The notes below the pieces were generated by a model. That model did no database searches, was not told the origin of the DNA, and worked only from the letters and a program-made list of their open reading frames with translations. Below, piece by piece: positions 7,851 through 15,463 of a DNA stretch of 15,464 nucleotides; within the stretch, counting starts at the first letter, position 1, and each line of letters begins with the position of its first letter. Location: assembly GCA_011364975.1 (NCBI GenBank), contig RDOE01000075.1, positions 1 through 15,464 on the forward strand, given 5' to 3'. Both the position numbers and the translations under genes were made by a program. The DNA is from Promethearchaeota archaeon. GTDB lineage: Archaea; Asgardarchaeota; Lokiarchaeia; Sigyniarchaeales; SOKP01.

Positions 7851-9254
7851 TTAATTTATCCCTCCTCTTTGTTTCTTTTTCGGAATCATATCTAAAACTT
7901 TTGGTAGAACCGTCATTAATTTTGATGGATCCATTAATTTATCAAGATCATTTTCAAATATTTTTGCTATAAGAGGAAATACGTATTTCATGATGAAAGG
8001 TAATGCTTGTGGCATATAAGATTTAATTTGGGAGGCTATTTCTCTAACTCTTGTTGCATGCGGCTGAGACCAATCATAAATTCCTCCCATTACCTCCATG
8101 AACATTGGCACAAACCAACTCATTGTTTCCTTAGGACTAAATGGTAATGCCTTCCAAATATTATATAATTCTTCACCCGATTTGAAATCTTCTCCTACTG
8201 ATGTTTTTTGCCATAACTCATCATAATTAGAAAGAGCCTTTTTAGAAACGTCTCCAGCAGTGATTGCATTAGCAGCACATTCAACGGCTGCTTTTCCAGT
8301 AACTATAGCAGGATAAATTCCTTCAGCTTCAAGTGGACAGGGAAATCCTCCAGCATCCCCAATTAAAATGACACCATCTGTATGTGTATTGTATGGGAAT
8401 TTAAGCCAAGGAAGCAAATGACATTGTAATTCTCTTGGTTTTGCTTCTAAAATTTTTAATAATCTTTGATAATACTTTAGATTTATAACCTCATTTAGAT
8501 AATATAAAGGATTTCTATCCCATTTATCAAGCCAATTACCTAATCCTTGATGAAACCCGTCATTGAAAAAAACTTGATAAGACGCAGGAAACAAAGCAGA
8601 CCACCAGACTGCTAAAGCCTCATCACCCATTATATCATCAATTTTATTGGGAGGTGCATGAAAATCATATTGGGGAACAGCCGTAATCTGAGTGTGAGAC
8701 CATTTAGAACGCAACCCACTTTGCTTGGCTACCATCGAAATCGCTCCATCAGCTCCAATTACGACAGAGGCTTTGTATTTTATTCCATGCTCATCAATAA
8801 CACCACAAACTTTACCTTCTTCTTTTAGTAGGTCAATAATCAGGGTTGAGGTTTTCAATTCAGCACCAGCATTAGTAGCTAATTCAGCAATCCATGGATC
8901 GAATTCATTTCGATAACAATTCATGGTAATCCAGCTTTTAGCTGGTTCATAAGACACAGACTCAGTTGGACGCGTCATTATATAACCTGCTACAATCCCT
9001 TCAGAATTAATAAAATAATTTCGAGCCGCTGCTCCTGCTCGGAGTGATGGGCATTTTTCAGGTGTTAATTCTTTCATCATTAAAGGAAATTCACGCCACA
9101 AACGAGGTCCCAACCCACATCCAGAAGAATTTTTTTCTCCTGGTTTTCGACCACGTTCAAAAAATATTGTTTTTAATCCTTTTTCAGCAGCACATTTAGT
9201 AGCCATAGAACCTCCTGGACCTGCACCAACAATAATTATATCATATGTTGTCAA
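7851..9254 (-). CDS. FixC/geranylgeranyl-reductase superfamily FAD-dependent oxidoreductase (FixC-like)
   Basis: 467 aa, TTG start preceded by AGGTGA. Rossmann motif YDIIIVGAGPGG, FixC-like ERGRKPGEKNSSG, RNEFDPWIA, VIGADGA and ILIGDAGGF...EGIYPA. Adjacent to a FixX-like ferredoxin. Confidence 0.82.
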   Translation of the reverse strand: MTTYDIIIVGAGPGGSMATKCAAEKGLKTIFFERGRKPGEKNSSGCGLGPRLWREFPLMMKELTPEKCPSLRAGAAARNYFINSEGIVAGYIMTRPTESVSYEPAKSWITMNCYRNEFDPWIAELATNAGAELKTSTLIIDLLKEEGKVCGVIDEHGIKYKASVVIGADGAISMVAKQSGLRSKWSHTQITAVPQYDFHAPPNKIDDIMGDEALAVWWSALFPASYQVFFNDGFHQGLGNWLDKWDRNPLYYLNEVINLKYYQRLLKILEAKPRELQCHLLPWLKFPYNTHTDGVILIGDAGGFPCPLEAEGIYPAIVTGKAAVECAANAITAGDVSKKALSNYDELWQKTSVGEDFKSGEELYNIWKALPFSPKETMSWFVPMFMEVMGGIYDWSQPHATRVREIASQIKSYMPQALPFIMKYVFPLIAKIFENDLDKLMDPSKLMTVLPKVLDMIPKKKQRGGIN

Positions 9255-9407
9255 TCTTTCACCTTTAATAGAGTAAATTAGTAAAAGTATAATAAAGAAA
9301 AATAAGAGGATTATTAATATAAAATTGACTTCATAAACTAAATCAAAAGAGCTTTATACATTAAATTATTGTAAAGAATAATTGTGTTTAAATGAAATTA
9401 GGATATT
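9255..9407. promoter_or_regulatory. Divergent promoter region with back-to-back TATA-like boxes
   Basis: Plus strand: purine-rich CAAAAGAG then TTTATA (9353-9358), ~50 nt before ATG 9408. Minus strand: TTTTATAT (9317-9324) and SD AGGTGA (9259-9264) before TTG 9254. The AT-rich background limits certainty. Confidence 0.45.
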
Positions 9408-10871
9408 ATGAGAGACGATTTAATATATACTAGCTTAGTAAAGATTTTTGGTTCAAGGTGCGTTTTTAATGATCCAAAAGAATTGATGAAATATTCTAAT
9501 GATATGAGCTTCTACAAAGGTAAAATTCCAAAATTCGTTGTTTTCCCCTCTAAAGTTAGACAAATAGAAGAAGTTCTAAAATTAGCAAACATGTTAAAAT
9601 TTTCAATCATTCCAATAAGTTCTAACTCTCGATTTAAACATCATGGTGATAGTATTCCTAGAAGTGATAATTCTATAATATTAAATCTTTCTAATATGAA
9701 AAAAATCCTCTCTATAGATCGAAAAAATAGAGTAGTCATGGTTGAACCTGGAGTTACTTTTGGAGAATTAATTACAAAGCTCAAAAAAAAGGGGTTAAGG
9801 TTATTAACTCCTTTAAGTCCGACGGCGTCTAAATCAGTCTTGGTTGCAGCGCTTGAAAGAGAACCAATTATAATACCCCGCTATCATTGGGACAGTTCTG
9901 ACCCCTTATTGTGTACGGAGGTGGTCTTTGGAACTGGAGATTTATTAAGAACAGGGACGGCTGCTGGTCCGGGAACAATAAAACAACAACAAAAAGCAGG
10001 TCAAGCGCAAGTTAATCCAATGGGCCCTACTCAATTCAGTCCTTTTAGAGTAATACAAGGTGCTCAAGGTAGTTTAGGAGTAGTAACCTGGGCTACGTTA
10101 AAATTAGAATTATTACCCTTTATTCAGAAGGCTTACCATCTTCAATCTGAGAATATCCAAGAGCTGTTAGATATTCAATATGAATTGTTGAAATTCAGAC
10201 TCTGCGATGAGCTCCTCATTTTGAATAATTTAAATCTAGCATGTTTGTTAAAAAAAAGACCACAAGAAATTTTAGAACTTTCAGAAAAATTAAGTAAATG
10301 GAACCTGATTTTTGTTATCTCTGGTCGGGGGCCTTTAGCAAAAGATAAGATTTTTTATCTTGAAGGGGACATAGATGAGATTAGAGAAAGATTAGGCTAT
10401 AACTTTTCAAGCATACATACAGATACATTTAATAGAGAAATACTTAATATTCTTAATGAACCATGTGATCAGCCTTGGAGAACGAGATTTAAAAGTACCT
10501 ATCAAGATATTTTCTTTTTAACTAGTTTTGAAAAAATTCCTAAATTTATCTCTATAGTTGAAGCCCAATTTGCAACAGAATTAGGTATCTACATTCAACC
10601 AATAAATCAAGGAACTGCATATCACACTGAATTTGATATTTATTATGATCCAGAGGATCAAGACATGGAAAATACAGTTAAAAAGAAAATTTTAGATGTA
10701 ACTTTTCAACTAATGGAAAATGGAGCTTTTTTTAGTAGGCCCTATGGTTTGTGGGCAAAGGAAGTATACGCTCATCATAATTTAGAAACTATCGATGCTC
10801 TTAAAAAAGTAAAAAAAATATTCGATCCAAATAATGTATTAAATCCAGGAGTTTTATGTTTTGATGAGTAA
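9408..10871 (+). CDS. FAD-binding oxidoreductase, VAO/PCMH (FAD_binding_4, GlcD-like) family, subunit 1
   Basis: 487 aa. VVFPSKVRQIEEVLKLAN, ILNLSNMKKILSID, VEPGVTF, EVVFGTGDLLRTG, GAQGSLGVVT and C-terminal KKIFDPNNVLNPG. Confidence 0.9.
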   Translation: MRDDLIYTSLVKIFGSRCVFNDPKELMKYSNDMSFYKGKIPKFVVFPSKVRQIEEVLKLANMLKFSIIPISSNSRFKHHGDSIPRSDNSIILNLSNMKKILSIDRKNRVVMVEPGVTFGELITKLKKKGLRLLTPLSPTASKSVLVAALEREPIIIPRYHWDSSDPLLCTEVVFGTGDLLRTGTAAGPGTIKQQQKAGQAQVNPMGPTQFSPFRVIQGAQGSLGVVTWATLKLELLPFIQKAYHLQSENIQELLDIQYELLKFRLCDELLILNNLNLACLLKKRPQEILELSEKLSKWNLIFVISGRGPLAKDKIFYLEGDIDEIRERLGYNFSSIHTDTFNREILNILNEPCDQPWRTRFKSTYQDIFFLTSFEKIPKFISIVEAQFATELGIYIQPINQGTAYHTEFDIYYDPEDQDMENTVKKKILDVTFQLMENGAFFSRPYGLWAKEVYAHHNLETIDALKKVKKIFDPNNVLNPGVLCFDE

Positions 10872-10904
10872 AGTTAAAAATATTTTTTCAAAATAAAAAA
10901 ATCC

Positions 10905-12221
10905 ATGAGGATTAAAATGGAAGAAGAAAAATATCAGAAAATGATTAAACGCTGTTTACGTTGTTCTGTATGTAAATGGATACCTCAAGTCCAGATAAAA
11001 AGTCAAAAATATGCTTCGGGATGTCCAGCGATAGATATTTATAATTTCCATCCTTACAGTGGTGGGGGAAAAATAATTCTCGCTCTTGCATATGAGATGG
11101 GAAGACTCAAACCAACAGAGGAACTTCGTGATATAGTTTATAAATGTACTGAATGTGGAAATTGCGCAGTGGCATGTAAATATATGAACACTTTAGAACC
11201 TTTGGAGATAATTATGAAATTGAGAGAGAAATTAGTCTCAGTAGGGTGTGGTCCTATGCCAAAACAGCAAGCCTATATAGATGCAGTTAAAAAAGTCCAT
11301 AATCCATATAATGAACCTCACGAAAAAAGAATCGATTGGTTAACAGATGAAATTAAACTTGATCCAAATGCAAAAGTGCTGTATTTTGTAGGTTGTACTT
11401 CTTCCTACAGAAGAAAAGAAATGGCAATAGCTGCTGCACGTATTATGAATGAAGCAGGAGTTCCATTTAACATTTTACAAGACGATGAATTTTGCTGTGG
11501 AAGTCCGATATTACGTACTGGGGATGTGTATACATTTGAACAAATTCTCAATAGAAATATAGATATAATAGAATCTAAGGGAATAGAAACAGTAGTTTTT
11601 AGTTGTGCTGGTTGTTATGATACTTTTAAAGTCGATTACCCTTTACGCAGAAAATATAATTTTAGAGTTTTACATACCGTGGAACTTTTTGATGAGTTAA
11701 TCACCTCAAGACAATTACAATTAACAAATCAAGTTCCACTAATTGTAACCTACCATGATCCTTGTCATTTAGGTAGAAACGCCGAAAGGTATGAAGATTG
11801 GGATGGTGATATTGTTCCATTAATGCCCTTGGTTTCAATTAATATCCCTCCAAAACCCAAAAGGACGGGTTCTAAGGGTGTTTATGATGCTCCAAGAAAT
11901 ATACTTAATAGTATTCCTGGATTGAAATTCGTTGAGATGGAAAGGATTCAAGAGTATGCTTATTGTTGTGGAGCAGGAGCAGGAGTAAAATCAGCGTTTC
12001 CTGAAATGGCTTTAAAGACTGCAATAACTCGAGTTGATGAGGCTGAAGATTCTGGTGCAGAAATAATAGTATCTGCTTGTCCATTTTGCTCCACGAACTT
12101 GCAAGATGGCATTAAAGGGAAAAATTCTAAATTAATTTATTATGATATTAATGAATTAATTCTGATGGCTTTAGGTCTGGAGACTGAAAAAATGAAACAA
12201 GCAACTGCGGAGGTTGTATAA
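10905..12221 (+). CDS. Fe-S oxidoreductase with N-terminal 4Fe-4S dicluster and two CCG domains (GlcF/GlpC/HdrD family)
   Basis: 438 aa (true start may be ATG 10917, after GAGGA). CLRCSVC...CP, CTECGNCAVAC, YFVGC, FCCGSP, SCAGC, YHDPCHLGR, YCCGAGAG and SACPFC. Confidence 0.92.
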   Translation: MRIKMEEEKYQKMIKRCLRCSVCKWIPQVQIKSQKYASGCPAIDIYNFHPYSGGGKIILALAYEMGRLKPTEELRDIVYKCTECGNCAVACKYMNTLEPLEIIMKLREKLVSVGCGPMPKQQAYIDAVKKVHNPYNEPHEKRIDWLTDEIKLDPNAKVLYFVGCTSSYRRKEMAIAAARIMNEAGVPFNILQDDEFCCGSPILRTGDVYTFEQILNRNIDIIESKGIETVVFSCAGCYDTFKVDYPLRRKYNFRVLHTVELFDELITSRQLQLTNQVPLIVTYHDPCHLGRNAERYEDWDGDIVPLMPLVSINIPPKPKRTGSKGVYDAPRNILNSIPGLKFVEMERIQEYAYCCGAGAGVKSAFPEMALKTAITRVDEAEDSGAEIIVSACPFCSTNLQDGIKGKNSKLIYYDINELILMALGLETEKMKQATAEVV

Positions 12222-12224
12222 ATA

Positions 12225-13796
12225 GTGTTAGGAAAACAAATTCTTAAAGAATTTCAAGAAATTGTTGGCGTAGAAAACATAAATGATGGAGAAGTAATGA
12301 CAAATGCTTATGCATACAATTGGTGTACTGAATTTGTAAATTATATGAATGGTAACGATCCTATCCCATTCTCTCCCATTCCAAAAGCAATTATATTACC
12401 CTCAACGACAGAAGAAGTTCAGAAAGTCATACAAATTTGTAGTAAATATAAAATTCAATTTAAAGCACAAAGCACTGGTCTTGGACCGTGGAATCAACCA
12501 TCTACTGATAATTCAGTGATACTAGATCTACGTAGGATGAATAAAATCGTAAAAATTAATATAAAAAATCTTTATGCTGTAGTTGAACCATATGTTACCG
12601 GTGCACAACTTCAAGCAGAAGTTATGAAATATGGGCTAAACGTGCATATGCCCGGTGCAGGTCCTATGGCTTCACCTTTAGCAAGTCATACATCAATGGC
12701 AGGTCCTGGTTTTACCTCGCCCCAAACGGGTCATAGTGCAAGAAATGTATTAGGCACGGAATGGGTATTACCAACAGGAGAAATTCTTAGGTTGGGTTCA
12801 CTTGGGTTAAATAATAATTCTGATTGGTTTTCTGGTGATGGACCTGGTCCGAGTTTACGAGGTATAATGCGGGGATGGGTGGGAACTAAGTCTGGGCTTG
12901 GAGTATTTACTCGAGTAGCAATAAAATTATTTCCTTATCCCTGTGATACCGAATTTATCTTAAAAGGCCATGCTCCTTTATATGATTTTAAATTACCTGA
13001 CTTTATTCGAGTTTATGTAGTGGATTGTGGGAACTTCAAACACTTGGAGAAATCTCTATTAAGGGTTGAGGAAGAAGAAATTGCATTCATATGCAGTCAT
13101 ATGTCTAGCTATGCTGTAATGGCAATTTTCTCTTATACTTTAGAAAGTTTAATAGATAAATTAGCAGTGGGAAGTATGAAATGTCCATTAGTTATTGTTA
13201 TAGCAGCACGTACAAAACGAGAATTTGAGTATAAACAAAAAGTTATGAACTATTTAATGAAAGAGCTTAAACTAACTAATATAATTGGAACGAAATACAC
13301 TCCCGAATCAGTTTTTTTTGCAGAATGTTTACGTGCTAATTTGGGATACCATGGCTTTATTGCAACGGGAGGTTTCCAATCAGCTAAGGGTCAATGTGAT
13401 TCTGCAGCTCTTTGCCTTCGAGCAGAAATGAAAAATACACCATTAAAAAAGAAATATATTAAAAAAGGAGTAATAGCCAACGATTTTGGAGAAGGCGCAT
13501 GGATGACTTCATACGAATCAGGGCATTATTTCCATATGGAAGCTCCAACTTTTTTTGATCAAACTGAGCTTGAAAGCGTTAAAGGAATGGGAGAATATCT
13601 TGAAGAAAGTAATCAAATAGATTTGCTTAAACACTTAGGTGTACCTTTTTTCATAGAAGGAGATAAATTACACAATAAATGGGGGCCATTTCTCATGAAT
13701 TATCATAAGTGGCTGCGAAAAATCAAAGAAACTTTCGATCCAAACGGGATTTCTGACTCAGGATTTTATATTTCAAGTAATCATGGGGGATTTTGA
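12225..13796 (+). CDS. FAD-binding oxidoreductase, VAO/PCMH (FAD_binding_4) family, subunit 2
   Basis: 523 aa, GTG start 3 nt after the upstream stop, with SD GGAGGT at 12209-12214. ILPSTTEEVQ, AQSTG, LDLRRMNKI, VVEPYVT, EWVLPTGEILRLGS, GPGPSLRG, GLGVFT and KIKETFDPNG. Confidence 0.9.
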   Translation: MLGKQILKEFQEIVGVENINDGEVMTNAYAYNWCTEFVNYMNGNDPIPFSPIPKAIILPSTTEEVQKVIQICSKYKIQFKAQSTGLGPWNQPSTDNSVILDLRRMNKIVKINIKNLYAVVEPYVTGAQLQAEVMKYGLNVHMPGAGPMASPLASHTSMAGPGFTSPQTGHSARNVLGTEWVLPTGEILRLGSLGLNNNSDWFSGDGPGPSLRGIMRGWVGTKSGLGVFTRVAIKLFPYPCDTEFILKGHAPLYDFKLPDFIRVYVVDCGNFKHLEKSLLRVEEEEIAFICSHMSSYAVMAIFSYTLESLIDKLAVGSMKCPLVIVIAARTKREFEYKQKVMNYLMKELKLTNIIGTKYTPESVFFAECLRANLGYHGFIATGGFQSAKGQCDSAALCLRAEMKNTPLKKKYIKKGVIANDFGEGAWMTSYESGHYFHMEAPTFFDQTELESVKGMGEYLEESNQIDLLKHLGVPFFIEGDKLHNKWGPFLMNYHKWLRKIKETFDPNGISDSGFYISSNHGGF

Positions 13797-14208
13797 AAAA
13801 ATGAATAATTTAAATCTAATTATAAAAGAACCAAAAGGATTTGCAGGATTAATTGCAAATGTGATGATGCCATTAAATGATAATCCTCAATTTAAAGAAA
13901 AATTCAAAAAAACCTCTCGTAAAATCCTTATTAATGCTACAAATTTAAATTACGCTGCTTTATTAACGATTGATAAAGGCAACTTAAAGGTAGAGAGCAT
14001 TCTGAATAAACCCAAGTCGAATCTCAACAAAAAGTTAATTGGATGGAATGGTTATGTTGCAATGGATACTCAAATATTTCTAGGATTTGCAACAAAAAGA
14101 CTTTCACTAATAAAGCTTGGATTAAAGGTTCTTAGGGGCGAAGTAAAGCTTAGAGGGATTTTAAAGTTACTAATTATATTTAAGTTAATTAAAATTTTAA
14201 CCAAGTAA
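13783..14208 (+). CDS. SCP2 (sterol carrier protein 2)-like lipid-binding protein
   Basis: 141 aa (alternative start ATG 13801). Pattern matches the SCP2 fold: ALLTIDKGNLKV, VAMDTQIFLGFATKRLS and VLRGEVKLRG followed by a terminal helix. Confidence 0.65.
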   Translation: MGDFEKMNNLNLIIKEPKGFAGLIANVMMPLNDNPQFKEKFKKTSRKILINATNLNYAALLTIDKGNLKVESILNKPKSNLNKKLIGWNGYVAMDTQIFLGFATKRLSLIKLGLKVLRGEVKLRGILKLLIIFKLIKILTK

Positions 14209-14286
14209 ATTGAAACCTAAAATAAATCACTTTCAGAAGCCTATTTATTCTTTAATATATTTTACTATTAAAATACAGTTTTTTCC

Positions 14287-15342
14287 TTGAATATTATGAC
14301 AAATAAGATTAAGGAAGTTTGGTTAGGTCCCGGAAAAAAAGATGGTCAAATTCGTGAGTTTAAACCAGAAAATGATGGACTTCATATTGATATGAAGCAG
14401 AGAGGTAATTTTGAATGGTGGTATTTTGATGCTCGCCTTGATAACGGATATATGGCAGTAGGTTTTTTTCGAGCTAAGCATGAACGAACAGGCAAAACTG
14501 GAGTAGAAATAACAATATATAAGCCAAATGGTGAAAAAATTCAAAAGGTTTATGATTATAAACACTCCGATTTAATAGCTTCAAATAAAGATGCAAATGT
14601 GAGGATTGGTAAAAATTATATCAAAGTAGATTATTCTAAGGAAACTTTACCCACCTATGAAATCTTTTTAGAAGAGGAGAATTTTGGGATTCATTTACAT
14701 TACAAACCAACAGTTAAAGGTTGGATGCCAGGTGAGGGATATACGGAATTTGGTAATTTAGGTGAATTTGGATGGGCTGTAGCAATTCCTAGGGCGGAAG
14801 TGTTTGGAAAATTAACAATTAATAATCAAGAAATTGCAGTTAAGGGTATTGGGTATCATGATCATAATTGGCTTACTTTTAATTTAGTAAGAGTTGTAGA
14901 TTATTGGTATTGGGGGCGAATCTACTCAAAGAATTTTACAATAATCTATGCATATATTAAATGTAATAAAAAAATGGATAATTATCCTATAAATATTTTA
15001 ATGCTTGCTAAAGAAGAGGAAATTATTGCAAGTACGGGTGATTTTGATTTAATAGATAAGGATTTCCAATATAATGAAAAAGCGGGAAATAAGTATCCTA
15101 AATCTCTTGAGTTTTTATTATCAAAGAAACAAAAAATTACTTTAAATGTTCAAAAAATTATTGATGCTGATAACTTACTCTTTGAATTAAATCCAATTCT
15201 TCGATTCCTTGCTAAGTATTTGTTACGAATTAAACCAGGATACTTTAGACTGAATTCTAAATTCTTAATTGATTTTGAATACGAGGATAATATCTACAAG
15301 GAGGAAGGAGATACATTGCATGAAATGGTTATTGTAAAATAA
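14287..15342 (+). CDS. CrtC/AttH-like (lipocalin-like double beta-barrel) protein; hydratase/cyclase superfamily
   Basis: 351 aa (probable start ATG 14296). FEWWYFDARLDNG, GWAVAIPRAEVFGKLTI, GIGYHDHNW, WYWGR and KYPKSL. Aromatic-rich, beta-strand-like, no TM segment. Confidence 0.75.
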   Translation: MNIMTNKIKEVWLGPGKKDGQIREFKPENDGLHIDMKQRGNFEWWYFDARLDNGYMAVGFFRAKHERTGKTGVEITIYKPNGEKIQKVYDYKHSDLIASNKDANVRIGKNYIKVDYSKETLPTYEIFLEEENFGIHLHYKPTVKGWMPGEGYTEFGNLGEFGWAVAIPRAEVFGKLTINNQEIAVKGIGYHDHNWLTFNLVRVVDYWYWGRIYSKNFTIIYAYIKCNKKMDNYPINILMLAKEEEIIASTGDFDLIDKDFQYNEKAGNKYPKSLEFLLSKKQKITLNVQKIIDADNLLFELNPILRFLAKYLLRIKPGYFRLNSKFLIDFEYEDNIYKEEGDTLHEMVIVK

Positions 15343-15343
15343 C

Positions 15344-15463
15344 CTATTTATCTTCGAGGACTTCTTTTTTATATAATCTTTGTTTCAAAGTGACTATGCC
15401 TGTATCTATGTCATGATTTACTAATTCCACATTTGCTAATTCTTGCACAGCCCTTAAAATATA
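15344..15463 (-). CDS. 3' end of a gene running off the window (…YILRAVQELANVELVNHDIDTGIVTLKQRLYKKEVLEDK*), possibly a winged-helix C-terminus
   Basis: Open frame from the window edge to TAG at 15344-15346, convergent with and 1 nt from the preceding stop. Amphipathic helix followed by a beta-hairpin-like pattern. Confidence 0.55.
   Translation of the reverse strand, partial: YILRAVQELANVELVNHDIDTGIVTLKQRLYKKEVLEDK

Noticed and set aside
8725-8916. 63-aa plus-strand ORF
   Set aside because: Antisense shadow of the FixC-like gene.
7851-9254. Calling this gene digeranylgeranylglycerophospholipid reductase
   Set aside because: It lacks the YxWxFP motif and has FixC-like N-terminal features plus a FixX-like partner, so only the superfamily call is supported.
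10876-10888. AAAAATATTTTTT between the first flavoprotein and Fe-S genes as a terminator
   Set aside because: The gap is only 33 nt within an apparent operon, and such runs are common here.
9408-13796. Assigning glcD/glcE/glcF, hdrD or alkyl-DHAP synthase symbols
   Set aside because: The folds are shared, but diagnostic catalytic motifs are not visible, so specific names would over-annotate.
13794-13808. Possible selenocysteine readthrough at the only TGA stop among the main genes
   Set aside because: The TGA follows the normal family C-terminus (FDPNG), and readthrough adds only KNE before TAA. All Cys motifs in the Fe-S proteins are complete.
14323-14565. 80-aa minus-strand ORF
   Set aside because: Antisense shadow of the CrtC-like gene.
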